The notes: generated by a model not told the origin, from the letters alone. A DNA stretch of 64,000 nucleotides from an uncultured SAR86 cluster bacterium (GCA_963926355.1 CAWUWW010000003.1:41264-105263); one strand, 5' to 3'. Counted from the stretch's first letter, positions 42,078 to 55,318 are shown. Program-made: numbers and translations.

Positions 42078-42889
42078 CCGTTTAAATTTTTAATATCTTT
42101 AAAAATATTTTCTGTTGATGGGATCTTCCCAAACCAAAGTTTAAAAGATTGCGCAGCCTGGTATATAAGCATTCCAATACCGTCAAACACTTGAGGGGAA
42201 TATTCTATAGCCCAACTGCAAAAAGGCGTGGATTCAAGCGAGTAATTTAGATCATAGAAGCAAACTAATCTAGAAAACTTTATTCCTTCAGGAGCTATAA
42301 ATTCTCCGGTCAAGCCAGCCGAACTTCCATTAATAACAAGATCATAATAGATATCTTCTTTTAGATTCGATCCTATCTTTACATGTTCATTATATTTATT
42401 TACTAAAGTCTCTGCTTTTTCTTGGGACCTATTTAAAATAGAAATTGTGCTTGGCCTATCCATTACCAGTTTATATAAAATACTTTGCACAGCTGCGCCA
42501 GCACCTAATATCAAGATATTCTTGCCTGAGATACTTATATTCTTTGATCTAAGATCCTCCATAAAACCAATTCCATCTGTAGACTCAAGAGACAGAATAT
42601 TATCTATCTTAATTATGGTATTGACTGCTTGGAGGTGCTTTGCTTCCTTTGATATATTGCCAGGGATTCCTGCAGCAAGATTCTTCAAGGGTAGTGTTAT
42701 ATTTAACCCTCTTGCCAAAGGATCGGCAAAAAAATCAGCAACAAAGCTATTAAAATTATTGGGCTCTACCTTGAACGGCATGTAGCTTAGGTTAATCTTT
42801 TCTTGCTTTGCAAAACGTGAATGAATGAAAGGAGACAAAGAATGCTCAATGGGACTTCCGGCCACGCCGAGTTTAAATTTATTAGACAT
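42074..42889 (-). CDS. aroE: shikimate dehydrogenase
   Basis: G.PIEHSLSP.IH, NITLPLK, AVNT, TDG.G, GAG. Confidence 0.95.
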   Translation of the reverse strand: MSNKFKLGVAGSPIEHSLSPFIHSRFAKQEKINLSYMPFKVEPNNFNSFVADFFADPLARGLNITLPLKNLAAGIPGNISKEAKHLQAVNTIIKIDNILSLESTDGIGFMEDLRSKNISISGKNILILGAGAAVQSILYKLVMDRPSTISILNRSQEKAETLVNKYNEHVKIGSNLKEDIYYDLVINGSSAGLTGEFIAPEGIKFSRLVCFYDLNYSLESTPFCSWAIEYSPQVFDGIGMLIYQAAQSFKLWFGKIPSTENIFKDIKNLNG

Positions 42890-43787
42890 TCCAATCCTTG
42901 TTTATATATTTAAGAGCTTCTTTTTCCATCTTGATGTAATTCTTATCTTTTTTATATGACCATTTAACATCTTTTGGTAGCGAGGCTAATATAGACTCTA
43001 TTCTTCCATTGGATTGAAGGCCAAAAGAAGTACCTCTATCATAAATTAGATTAAACTCAGCGTACCTTCCCCTTCTTAGTAGCTGAAATTCTTTTTGCTT
43101 TTTATCAAATTTAGTAGATTTTCTTCTATTAATAATGGATTGGTATGATTCTAGGTAGGTATTGGCTATATCTGAAAGCATGTCTGTACTTTTTTCAATG
43201 CTCATGTTGGATAGATTATCAAAAAAGAGCCCTCCAATTCCCCTTCTCTCTTTTCTATGGGGTATATAAAAATACTCATTGCAATTCTTAGAAAATTTCT
43301 TATAAAAACCTTTATTATATGAATCTAGTGTTTCTTTTGCCTCGTTATGCCATTTAACACAGTCTTCTTTAATAGGTAGATAAGGCGTTAGATCATATCC
43401 ACCTCCGATCCACCATTTTTTTATAGTGTTATTGCCACCCATTAAACAGAATAATCTTATATTCATATGACTAGTTGGAATAAAGGGGTTTTTAGGATGT
43501 GCAATTACCGAGACGCCCATTGCTCGATACCCATGCTTTGATGGCTCTGATATTAATTTTCCAAGAGCGGCTTTTGGGAGTTTATTACCTGATATAGATG
43601 AGAAATTTACAGCACAATTATCAAAAAAATCTCCATCCTGAATTACAAAAGTATGACCGCCTCCGCCTTCGCTTCTTTTCCATTTATCAGATGTAATGAT
43701 TGATGTTTTAGATTTCTCTAAAGACATAAAGACATCCATGATTTTTGCATGACTAGTCGTAAAAATATTTTCTAAATCTTTGATCAT
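42882..43787 (-). CDS. hemF: oxygen-dependent coproporphyrinogen III oxidase
   Basis: HPKNP..PT.HMN.R, GGG.DLTP, RGIGGLFFD, RRGRYAEFNL. Confidence 0.96.
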   Translation of the reverse strand: MIKDLENIFTTSHAKIMDVFMSLEKSKTSIITSDKWKRSEGGGGHTFVIQDGDFFDNCAVNFSSISGNKLPKAALGKLISEPSKHGYRAMGVSVIAHPKNPFIPTSHMNIRLFCLMGGNNTIKKWWIGGGYDLTPYLPIKEDCVKWHNEAKETLDSYNKGFYKKFSKNCNEYFYIPHRKERRGIGGLFFDNLSNMSIEKSTDMLSDIANTYLESYQSIINRRKSTKFDKKQKEFQLLRRGRYAEFNLIYDRGTSFGLQSNGRIESILASLPKDVKWSYKKDKNYIKMEKEALKYINKDWNV

Positions 43788-43788
43788 A

Positions 43789-44349
43789 TTATTCTCTAAT
43801 GACTTTCTTAGATTCTAAATCAATAATTGTTGAAGGCTTTTTATTATTGCCCAATAGAGCATCATAATATGCCAGATCTGTATCATCAAAGGTATCCATT
43901 ATTTGCTTAGGGTTTAATAAATTTTTCTGGCCTGAGATATTGGCAGAGGTAGATATCATAAATCCATCAAACCCTTCTATAAGTTGTTTTGTAGGTAAGT
44001 GATTACTTACTCTTAAAGCAATCTTGCCGCTATCATTATGCAAGTGGCTAGGTAGATTCTCGTTATATTCAATTAATATTGTTGTGTGCCCTGGCCAGAT
44101 TTTTTTAAGGAAGACAGTGTCTTCAATGGATAAAGTTTTAAGGTATTTTTTAAAACTATCTATTGAAGGAATCAATAAAATAAAACTTTTATTTTGTGTT
44201 CTTTTTTTTAAATTATAAATTTTGGTAAAGCTATTTTTATTTAAAGCATTACACCCCAAACCCCAAACCCCCTCTGTTGGGTGAGCAAGAATTTTACCGC
44301 AAGATAGCCACTCAATTGATGAGGAAATATCTAAAGATTTTGTTTGCAA
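43789..44349 (-). CDS. tsaC: threonylcarbamoyl-AMP synthase (TsaC/YrdC)
   Basis: PTEGVWGLGC, K.R...K, WPG, STSAN.SG. Confidence 0.93.
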   Translation of the reverse strand: MQTKSLDISSSIEWLSCGKILAHPTEGVWGLGCNALNKNSFTKIYNLKKRTQNKSFILLIPSIDSFKKYLKTLSIEDTVFLKKIWPGHTTILIEYNENLPSHLHNDSGKIALRVSNHLPTKQLIEGFDGFMISTSANISGQKNLLNPKQIMDTFDDTDLAYYDALLGNNKKPSTIIDLESKKVIRE

Positions 44350-44850
44350 TTATGAGTTAAGAGCCTTATCTTTTTTAAGAACTTCTTCCCTCATATTATT
44401 TTTGTAATCATGAAGTTTTTGTGCAAACTCTTCGTTAGATGTTGCCAGTATTTGGACGGCTAAAATTGCGCTATTTTTAGCGCCGCTTTTGCCAACTGCA
44501 ACTGTTGCAACCGGAACTCCTGGAGGCATCATCACTGTAGATAGTAATGAATCCATTCCGCCCATTCCGCCTGATTCAATTGGAATTCCAATCACTGGTC
44601 GAATAGAGTGAGCTGCAACTGCTCCTGCTAAATGAGCAGCCATTCCAGCAGCTGCAATAAATATTTTGCAACCATTAGCCTCAGATAGTTTAATCAATTC
44701 CATAACCTCATGAGGGGTTCTGTGCGCTGACATCACATTTTTTGTATATTTAACGCCAAAAGAGTCAAGAACGGAGAAACATGCCTCTACAATGGGAAGA
44801 TCCGAGTCAGAGCCCATTATTATTGCTACATCTATTTTTTGATTTGTCAT
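44350..44850 (-). CDS. purE: PurE (N5-CAIR mutase / AIR carboxylase)
   Basis: IMGSDSD, SAHRTP, AGMAAHL, PVIG.P, PVATV. Confidence 0.96.
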   Translation of the reverse strand: MTNQKIDVAIIMGSDSDLPIVEACFSVLDSFGVKYTKNVMSAHRTPHEVMELIKLSEANGCKIFIAAAGMAAHLAGAVAAHSIRPVIGIPIESGGMGGMDSLLSTVMMPPGVPVATVAVGKSGAKNSAILAVQILATSNEEFAQKLHDYKNNMREEVLKKDKALNS

Positions 44851-44923
44851 AATTTATTTATTGTATATGTGAATGTGGATTATAATGAGTGAATTATAAT
44901 ATATTTATGCAGATTTCCAATAA

Positions 44924-45421
44924 ATGAATGACGAAAAATTAACAATCTTAAAATTTCCAGATCCACGCCTTAGAACTGTAGCAAAAAGGGTTACAAAATT
45001 TGACAAAAGTCTTGAAATGCTTGCCAAAGCTATGCTCAAGCTTATGTATAAAGAAAATGGTATTGGTTTAGCGGCCTCACAGGTAGATAGGCATATAAGA
45101 TTAATCGCAATGGATCTAAGTGAAGACCGCAATGAGCCAATGTTTTTTGTTAATCCTGAGTATAAAATCATTGATAAGCATAGTCTTGATTCATTCGAAG
45201 AAGGGTGTTTATCAGTGCCAGGTTTTAATGAGACTATAACTCGCCCAGATAAAATAGAGCTTTCATGGCAGGACTTACAGGGAAATCACCATAATATGGA
45301 GCCTAGTGGACTCTTAACCATCTGCATACAACATGAAATTGATCATCTAGAAGGAAAGTTGATGGTTGACTATATAAGCCCCATTAAAAGAGATAGGATA
45401 AGAAAAAAACTATCTAAATAG
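44924..45421 (+). CDS. def: peptide deformylase
   Basis: GIGLAA.Q, EGCLS, QHEIDH. Confidence 0.97.
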   Translation: MNDEKLTILKFPDPRLRTVAKRVTKFDKSLEMLAKAMLKLMYKENGIGLAASQVDRHIRLIAMDLSEDRNEPMFFVNPEYKIIDKHSLDSFEEGCLSVPGFNETITRPDKIELSWQDLQGNHHNMEPSGLLTICIQHEIDHLEGKLMVDYISPIKRDRIRKKLSK

Positions 45422-45468
45422 ATATTTAACAGAATTTAAAAGATTATAGAGGTATTTTAGAAGATTTT

Positions 45469-46389
45469 ATGAATATTTTATTTGCAGGTACGCCAGAACC
45501 CTCTGGTAAAATACTTGAATACCTTATAAGCCATCCGGCTTATAAAATTAAAGGGGTAATAACTCAGCCTGACAAGCCTCAGAGAAGAGGAAATAAAATC
45601 CTTGAATCAAATGTATCTATGATATCTAAACAATATGACTTTCCACTTTTCAAGCCTTCCAACCTAGATGACCCTATCTTCAAAAAAAGTATTAAAGATA
45701 TTAATTTTGATTTTCTAATAGTTGCTGCTTATGGGAAAATAATCCCCAACTGGTTGCTTGAAGCTTCAAATAAAATACCAGTTAATATTCATTACTCGAT
45801 CTTGCCATCTTATAGAGGAGCTTCTCCAATCCAAACCTCTCTATTAAATGGAGATGATTTATCAGGCGTTACCTTCATGGAAATGAGTGAAGGGTTGGAC
45901 GAAGGAAGAATTATAAAAATTTTTACTTTACATATATCTGATGCACACAACAAGACTTCTTTAGAAAATGATCTTTGTGATCTTGCTATAAAAAATATAG
46001 ACAATGTTCTCTCATTAATATTTTCTAATCAATTTTTATTAAATGAGCAGGATAATTTAAATGCAACCTATTGCTCTAAGATAAAAAAATCTGACTCTAT
46101 AGTTAATTTTACAGAAAATGCAGATGTTATTGTTAATAAGTACAGAGCTTATTCTGAGTGGCCTGGCTTGGCTTTTGTACATAAGGATACAATCATTAAA
46201 ATACATACCATGGACATATTTCATGAAAATTTATCAGGGATGCCAGGTACAATAGTTAGGTTTGATAAGACTGGTATTTACTTCAAAACATGCTCTGAAA
46301 CTATAGTGATTACTTACTTACAGATGCCTAATAAAAATATTATCAACTCTATTGATGCTTTCAATGCTTACAGAGAGTTTTTCGTATAA
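45469..46389 (+). CDS. fmt: methionyl-tRNA formyltransferase
   Basis: FAGTPE, TQPDKP, AYG, NIH.S.LP..RGASP. Confidence 0.96.
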   Translation: MNILFAGTPEPSGKILEYLISHPAYKIKGVITQPDKPQRRGNKILESNVSMISKQYDFPLFKPSNLDDPIFKKSIKDINFDFLIVAAYGKIIPNWLLEASNKIPVNIHYSILPSYRGASPIQTSLLNGDDLSGVTFMEMSEGLDEGRIIKIFTLHISDAHNKTSLENDLCDLAIKNIDNVLSLIFSNQFLLNEQDNLNATYCSKIKKSDSIVNFTENADVIVNKYRAYSEWPGLAFVHKDTIIKIHTMDIFHENLSGMPGTIVRFDKTGIYFKTCSETIVITYLQMPNKNIINSIDAFNAYREFFV

Positions 46390-46447
46390 TTATTTTATTT
46401 ACTCAAGAAGCTTTTAATTACATTAAAAGAGGTTTAATTTACTCTTT

Positions 46448-47803
46448 ATGAAAATAGTAATTTTAGGTGCCGGGAAAGTTGGGGGAAGTCTTGCTAGAAA
46501 TTTATCAAATAGTGACTATCAAGTTTCAATAGTTGATGAAGATAAATCAAAACTTTCTGCCCTAGAGGAAAGACTAGACATAATGACTATTGAGGGTCAT
46601 GCAGCAAAACCAAATTCAATAATGAGAGCTGGTGCTGATGAGGACACTATAGTAATAGCTGTAACCTCAAATGATGAGGTTAATATTATCGCCTGCCAGA
46701 TTGCCAAAAAAATGTTTAACGTTAAAAAAACAATATGTAGATTTAAGGACACTTCTTATTTAGAGCATTATGAGGTTTTTGGTGAAGGCATAATTGATAT
46801 TCCCATATGTCCAGAAAATGAAGTTACATCTCATCTTAAGGAACTTATAAATAACCCCGGTGCAGATCAAATCGAGCACTTTGCTGGTGATAAAGTGAAA
46901 TTAGTTTCCGTTAAAGCAAAGAAAAAAGGAAAGCTTGTTGGAAGAGAGTTAAAAAGTATTAAAGATGACATGCCAGATGTCGATGCCTACATCCCATCAA
47001 TATATAGAAAAGGTAGGCCTTTCATTCCAGATGGGGATACCATCATTAAAGAAAATGATGAAGTCTACTTTATCTCATCTTCAGATAACATAGGTTCGAT
47101 TATTGATGAGTTTAGAGACCACGAAGATGCATATTCAAGAATTATGATAGTTGGGGGTGGAAGAGTAGGTTATTCTTTAGCAAGAGACCTTGAAAAGACG
47201 TATAAAGTTAAATTAATAGAATCTAATATAGATAAATGTAAGTTTTTATCAAAAGAACTTGAAAAGACTATTGTTCTAAATGGTTCTGCAACTGATGAAG
47301 AATTATTAAAGAGTGAGAATATATCAAATATCGATATGTTCTGCGCATTAACTGATGATGATGAGACAAATGTCATGTCTTCATTGTTAGCAAAGAAGAT
47401 GGGTGCTAAAAAAACAATGATTGTTTTAAATAACCCCTCTTATCTTGGCCTTGTGCCTGGATTCATAGATATCTATATAGCTCCGTATAGACTAACGGTA
47501 TCATCGGTTCTCCAAGATCTTAGAGAGAGCGATGTTGCTCAAGATGTAATGCTGAAAATGGAAGCTGGAGCTGAGGCAATTGAAGGAATAGTTCATGCAA
47601 ATGAATACACCTCTAAGCTTTTTGACAAATCAATTAAAGATATACCGCTACCTGGCGGGGCTTGTATTGCCGCTATTGTTAGGCATGGTGAGGTTATAAT
47701 GCCTAGTTCTGCCGTTGAACTCTGCCTAAATGATCATTTAATAATCTTTCTAGCAGATAAAAAGGCTGTGAGTGAAGTAGAGAAGCTATTTAAATCAAAT
47801 TAA
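46448..47803 (+). CDS. trkA: Trk K+ uptake NAD-binding subunit
   Basis: Two RCK domains: GAGKVG and GGGRVG. Confidence 0.95.
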   Translation: MKIVILGAGKVGGSLARNLSNSDYQVSIVDEDKSKLSALEERLDIMTIEGHAAKPNSIMRAGADEDTIVIAVTSNDEVNIIACQIAKKMFNVKKTICRFKDTSYLEHYEVFGEGIIDIPICPENEVTSHLKELINNPGADQIEHFAGDKVKLVSVKAKKKGKLVGRELKSIKDDMPDVDAYIPSIYRKGRPFIPDGDTIIKENDEVYFISSSDNIGSIIDEFRDHEDAYSRIMIVGGGRVGYSLARDLEKTYKVKLIESNIDKCKFLSKELEKTIVLNGSATDEELLKSENISNIDMFCALTDDDETNVMSSLLAKKMGAKKTMIVLNNPSYLGLVPGFIDIYIAPYRLTVSSVLQDLRESDVAQDVMLKMEAGAEAIEGIVHANEYTSKLFDKSIKDIPLPGGACIAAIVRHGEVIMPSSAVELCLNDHLIIFLADKKAVSEVEKLFKSN

Positions 47804-49236
47804 TGAACTTAAAAGCAATAATTAATCTATTTAGCATCTTGGTGATGTTTTTTAGTGCCTCTTTTGCGCTTCCTATCGCAGTATCTATAATTTTTAAAGA
47901 TTCTGCATTGATGATTTTTATAATTACCTTTTGTATAGTATTTGGGCTTGGTTTTTTTGGGTGGCTTGCCTCTAAGGGTAAAAATGATGAGCTTGGTAAA
48001 AAAGATGGATTTATTATTGTTACTTTCTTTTGGCTAATCCTAGCTGTAGCTGGCTCGATTCCTTTTGCCTTAAGTGGAATGTCATTTGTTGATGCTTTTT
48101 TTGAATCGATGTCTGGTATTACAACAACAGGGGCTACTGTTATTTCTGGTCTTGATGATCTACCACAGTCACTTCTATTTTACAGACAGCTGCTGCAGTG
48201 GATGGGGGGAATGGGTTTAATTGTTTTAGCAATAGCTGTTATGCCGTTGCTTGGCATTGGAGGGGGTCAGTTATATAAGGCTGAAATACCTGGCGCAATG
48301 AATGATCAAAAATTAACTCCCAGGATGAAAGAAACAGCGCAAGCTCTTTGGGCTATATATTTTGGACTAACTGTTTTATGTGCTCTTTTATACTATATTG
48401 GCGGCATGTCTGGTTTTGACGCTATCTCCCACAGTTTAAGTACTGTGTCCATTGGAGGTTTTTCAACGCACGACCAAAGCATTGGCTACTTTAATAGTGG
48501 ATTTATCGAGACTGTATGTATTTTATTTATGGTACTTTCGGCGCTTAGTTTCGCGCTTCATTATTTTGCTATTTATATGCGAAAACCGCTTAAATACTTT
48601 GCTGATCCTGAGCTACGTTTTTTTATATCTATATTAATAATAATATTTTTAGTTTCTCTTATTATAAACTTGTTCTCGAAATCTAGCGATATCTCCATTA
48701 GAGAGCTTTTATTTCATTCTGTTTCAATAGTAACTACTACCGGTTTCTCTATAAGTGATTCTGCCGATTGGCCGATTTCCATTGGCTTCTTATTCCTGTT
48801 AGGAGCTTTTATCGGAGCTTGCTCTGGATCAGTTGGTGGTGGTATTAAGTCCTGGCGTGTGTTGATTATGATTAATTATGCTTATATTAATCTTATGAAA
48901 CTTGTTCATCCAAATGGCGTTTTCTCTTTAAAAATTGGATCTAAAACTGTAGAAGAGGGTGTCGCCTCATCTGTTTGGGGCTTCTTTTCTATATATGTAA
49001 TATCATTTGTAATCTTGCTTTTAGCCCTTCTTGTCACTGGTCTAGATTTTGAATCAGCCTTTTCAGCAATTGGCGCTTGTCTAAATAATTTGGGTCCTGG
49101 TCTTGGCGATGTATCTCAAACATATGGAACAGTTACCCCGTTTGGAAAAAGTATATTAGCCTTTGCTATGATTCTTGGAAGGTTAGAAATATTTACTTTG
49201 CTTGTATTATTTACTCCCATTTTTTGGGATAAATAA
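47803..49236 (+). CDS. trkH: Trk K+ uptake membrane protein
   Basis: FFESMSGITTTG, SIGGFS, NNLGPG, GRLE. Confidence 0.95.
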   Translation: MNLKAIINLFSILVMFFSASFALPIAVSIIFKDSALMIFIITFCIVFGLGFFGWLASKGKNDELGKKDGFIIVTFFWLILAVAGSIPFALSGMSFVDAFFESMSGITTTGATVISGLDDLPQSLLFYRQLLQWMGGMGLIVLAIAVMPLLGIGGGQLYKAEIPGAMNDQKLTPRMKETAQALWAIYFGLTVLCALLYYIGGMSGFDAISHSLSTVSIGGFSTHDQSIGYFNSGFIETVCILFMVLSALSFALHYFAIYMRKPLKYFADPELRFFISILIIIFLVSLIINLFSKSSDISIRELLFHSVSIVTTTGFSISDSADWPISIGFLFLLGAFIGACSGSVGGGIKSWRVLIMINYAYINLMKLVHPNGVFSLKIGSKTVEEGVASSVWGFFSIYVISFVILLLALLVTGLDFESAFSAIGACLNNLGPGLGDVSQTYGTVTPFGKSILAFAMILGRLEIFTLLVLFTPIFWDK

Positions 49237-50100
49237 CTAGATACCTAGATAAGGATTCTTGGTTCCGATTGGCGGTTTTTTAAATCTTTTGTATTCCCAT
49301 GAATAATCAGAGGGACTTATATTAATAAGTTTTTCTATGTCCTTGTTCATAGATAGTTGGTGCTTACTATCAATATATATATCTTTATTACTGTCTATTA
49401 TAGTTACTTCTAGATTTTTATTTAGATTAAGGTTGAGGCTTACATAGATCACAGGTTTCTTTGTTTTTAAAGCAAGTGATGGAACTAGTGTTGTGGTATA
49501 TGAATCTCTATTAAATAATTTTATATACTCCCCCATGCCGTCCTGTGGGACTTGGTCTGCTGCCAGGCACACTACTTGATTTGCAATTAACGCTTTGTAT
49601 ATTTGTCTTACCCCTGAGATTGAAGTTTCAAAAACTTTATTGCCATCTGCCTCTCTTTGACTTCTAACAAAAGAATCTAAAATTTTATTATTTATTTTTT
49701 TGTACAGCGTTGTTGTGTTTGTTTTAGCGTTGATCCACTTCAAAAGTAAATCGACGCTTCTGCTGTGAACAGCAACTATGATCAAACCATTATTATTTAA
49801 TATATTTTGTGTTATCAGGAATTGGTTTGTAATTCTAAAGATTTTATTATGGGCGGTATGTGACCTTCTTGACCAGCTTCTAAATGTCTCCACGGCACCT
49901 GTCAGGCTTTCAACAAAACTAGACTTGGCAAGAGCATTTTGCTCTTTAATTGTAAGAAGTGGATAAGCTATCTTTATGTTTATTAGGGTAACCTTAAACA
50001 TTGAAGATCTTTTATAAAATCCAAGCAAGCAATAAAACTTAACTAAGCTCCTGATTAATGAGCTTGATGGAATTGATATTAAATAAAATAAAACTTTCAT
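49237..50100 (-). CDS. lipid A biosynthesis acyltransferase (LpxL/HtrB family)
   Basis: H-x4-D (HSRSVD), ADQVP, P.DYSW.YKRFK; synteny with the Pseudomonas locus. Confidence 0.85.
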   Translation of the reverse strand: MKVLFYLISIPSSSLIRSLVKFYCLLGFYKRSSMFKVTLINIKIAYPLLTIKEQNALAKSSFVESLTGAVETFRSWSRRSHTAHNKIFRITNQFLITQNILNNNGLIIVAVHSRSVDLLLKWINAKTNTTTLYKKINNKILDSFVRSQREADGNKVFETSISGVRQIYKALIANQVVCLAADQVPQDGMGEYIKLFNRDSYTTTLVPSLALKTKKPVIYVSLNLNLNKNLEVTIIDSNKDIYIDSKHQLSMNKDIEKLINISPSDYSWEYKRFKKPPIGTKNPYLGI

Positions 50101-50247
50101 TCTGATTACTTATTCTTTGATTGTTATATAATCTTCATAGATTTTATTAATATAGGTTAATTAATATTTAATGCAATAACCTAATATTTAAGAACTAAAT
50201 ATTTAATAAGCGGACATTTGTCTACTTAAATTAAAAGGGAGATAAAA

Positions 50248-51609
50248 TTGACAGCTAAAACGATGGATGAGCTTGTTGCGCTTTGTAAAAGAAGAGGTTT
50301 TATCTTTCAATCTGGTGAAATCTACGGAGGACTTCAGGGCATGTATGACTATGGCCCACTAGGCGTAGAGTTAAAAAATAATCTTAAAAGGGCATGGTGG
50401 AGCTCTATGGTCTACGAAAATGATAATATTGAAGGGCTAGATGCCGCAATATTAACAAATCCTCTTATTTTAAAGCATTCAGGTCATGAAGATACATTCT
50501 CAGACCCAATGGTTGATTGTAAGTCCTGTCAAGCAAGATGGAGAGCGGATCTACTTGAAGATACTAAGTGCCCAGCCTGTAAATCTAGCGACCTAACCGA
50601 ACCAAGACCATTTAACCTAATGTTTAAAACTAGTGTTGGACCAATTGATGATGGTAAGTCTTTTGCTTACCTTAGGCCTGAAACTGCTCAACAAATATTT
50701 ACTAACTTTAAGAATGTTGTTGACTCAACCTCTAAATCACTCCCTTTTGGAATTGTGCAAATTGGAAAAGCATTTAGAAATGAGATAACTCCCAGAAATT
50801 TTATCTTTAGAGTTAGAGAGTTTGAGCAAATGGAGTTAGAGTTTTTTGTTACTCCTGGTACAGATGAAGAGTGGCATAACACATGGGTTGAAAGCAGGGT
50901 AAATTGGTGGGAAGCTCAGGGAGTTCCAGAGAGCAGTCTTGAGTTGTATGAGGTTCCTGCTGATGAGTTAGCCCATTACTCAAAGAGAACTGTTGATATT
51001 ATGTATAAATTTCCCCATGGGGTAGAAGAGCTTGAGGGTATTGCCAATAGAACAGATTTTGATTTAGGCTCTCATACTAAAAATCAAGGGGACTTAGATA
51101 TTTCTGCAGATGTTATGCCTAATAATGCTTCTAACTCAAAGTTAGCAATTCAAGATATAGATACAAAAAAATGGGTGGTTCCATATGTAATAGAGCCTTC
51201 CGCTGGGGTTGATAGGGGCATCTTGGCAATTTTAAATGAATCTTATGAAGTACAAGAACTAGAAGGCGGAAAAGAAAGAACTGTATTGCATCTAAAGCCA
51301 CATTTAGCACCTATTAAAGCTGCTGTAATACCTTTAAAGAAAAATAATGCAGATCTTGTTAAAACAGCTTCTGAGCTCAAAAAATCTCTTCAAAAACTAA
51401 ATCTAGGAAGGGTTGTCTTAGAAAATTCAGGGAATATAGGTAAAAGCTATAGGAGACATGATGAAATTGGGACGCCTCTTTGCATAACAATAGACTTTGA
51501 TACACTTGAAGATAGATCTGCGACTATAAGGGATAGGGACTCAATGAAACAAGAAAGAATAAGCTTAGAGTTAATTCCTGAATATTTGATTAAGGCTATG
51601 AATGTCTAA
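50248..51609 (+). CDS. glyS: glycine-tRNA ligase, homodimeric alpha2 type
   Basis: KRRGF...EIYGG...[44 protein letters not shown]; TTG start. Confidence 0.97.
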   Translation: MTAKTMDELVALCKRRGFIFQSGEIYGGLQGMYDYGPLGVELKNNLKRAWWSSMVYENDNIEGLDAAILTNPLILKHSGHEDTFSDPMVDCKSCQARWRADLLEDTKCPACKSSDLTEPRPFNLMFKTSVGPIDDGKSFAYLRPETAQQIFTNFKNVVDSTSKSLPFGIVQIGKAFRNEITPRNFIFRVREFEQMELEFFVTPGTDEEWHNTWVESRVNWWEAQGVPESSLELYEVPADELAHYSKRTVDIMYKFPHGVEELEGIANRTDFDLGSHTKNQGDLDISADVMPNNASNSKLAIQDIDTKKWVVPYVIEPSAGVDRGILAILNESYEVQELEGGKERTVLHLKPHLAPIKAAVIPLKKNNADLVKTASELKKSLQKLNLGRVVLENSGNIGKSYRRHDEIGTPLCITIDFDTLEDRSATIRDRDSMKQERISLELIPEYLIKAMNV

Positions 51610-51612
51610 TAA

Positions 51613-54239
<2,627 letters not shown>

Positions 54240-55316
54240 TTATCTTAATTGTTCCACGTGGAACTTTTTAAACTCTCTAAAACTATCCTCTATTTTACTA
54301 CTAAAATGATCATCTATACAGGAAAAAATAATTTGATTATTTAACGTATTGAGAAGCTCTAAAAAGATATCAAATGTATTACTATCAAGCTCAGATTTAA
54401 TGTCATCTATTATTAAAGTAGCGTTTATATTATGTTGTTTTCTAAGAACCTCATGCTGAGAACAGCACCATAGTATTGAAAATAATTTTTGCTCTCCTCT
54501 TGAAAGAATTTGTCTCGCATCTGCGTCTCCAATAAGAAATCTAATGTCTGCCTTGTGTGGACCTTCTGTTGTTGATCTTCTTTTGAGATCTTTAAACCTG
54601 TTATTGGTCATGGTAGTTAAAAGGTCTGATGACTTATCCCAGCCTGGAAAAAAATCAATCACGATGTCATTTAAAAATTTTATGGATGCTGAATGATTAA
54701 TTTCTTTAATAAGAATCTTTAATTCATTTAGGGTTGCTTGGAAAAAGATTTCTCTTTTAAGGTCGAGCTTTACGCCCTCCTCTGAAATTTTTATATCCCA
54801 AGGCTCAATATTTGAGATAGAACCAGATTTAATAAGGCTGTTTCTTTGCTTCAAGCACCGATAATAAGCAAACCAGTTTTCAAGAAAGCTTTTATCAGAA
54901 ACAAAAAGAGCTCTATCTAAGATTTTTCTCCTAAAGTCAGGTGAGGCATCGGCAAATGAAAATGTATTGTTATGTATTGCTGTTGATGGAAACTCTCTTA
55001 TAAGCCTACTAGAGGTTGCCTTGGTATTATTTATTAGGACTGAGATAGATTTGTTTTTTTCTTTCGTTATGGAGAGGATGTATCCTTTATCAACATCGTA
55101 GCTTCTAAGAGAGAAAGAATCTTCGCCCTGAGCAATTAAAGATTGAAGATTTGAGCTTTTAAAAGACTTACCACTTGAGCAAAGATGAATTGCCTCAAGT
55201 AAAGAGGTTTTACCAGAGCCGTTTTTACCGTAAAAAAAATTAATGCCAGGTGATAGGTTTATTTTTATTGATTTAAAACACCTAAAATTATTAAGTGTTA
55301 ATTCTTTAAAGGCCAT
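54240..55316 (-). CDS. recF: DNA replication/repair protein RecF
   Basis: NFR, GKNGSGKTS.LEA, GPH.AD, LSRGEQK, IDD..SELD. Confidence 0.94.
   Translation of the reverse strand: MAFKELTLNNFRCFKSIKINLSPGINFFYGKNGSGKTSLLEAIHLCSSGKSFKSSNLQSLIAQGEDSFSLRSYDVDKGYILSITKEKNKSISVLINNTKATSSRLIREFPSTAIHNNTFSFADASPDFRRKILDRALFVSDKSFLENWFAYYRCLKQRNSLIKSGSISNIEPWDIKISEEGVKLDLKREIFFQATLNELKILIKEINHSASIKFLNDIVIDFFPGWDKSSDLLTTMTNNRFKDLKRRSTTEGPHKADIRFLIGDADARQILSRGEQKLFSILWCCSQHEVLRKQHNINATLIIDDIKSELDSNTFDIFLELLNTLNNQIIFSCIDDHFSSKIEDSFREFKKFHVEQLR
54250..54265. other. parS centromere-like site inside the 3' end of recF
   Basis: TGTTCCACGTGGAACT: perfect 14-bp palindromic core matching the parS consensus. Confidence 0.88.
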
Positions 55317-55318
55317 TC

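Noticed and set aside
50101-50247. Glycine riboswitch or T-box before glyS
   Set aside because: Lacks the conserved glycine aptamer and T-box motifs and is too short; kept only as an unclassified structured leader.
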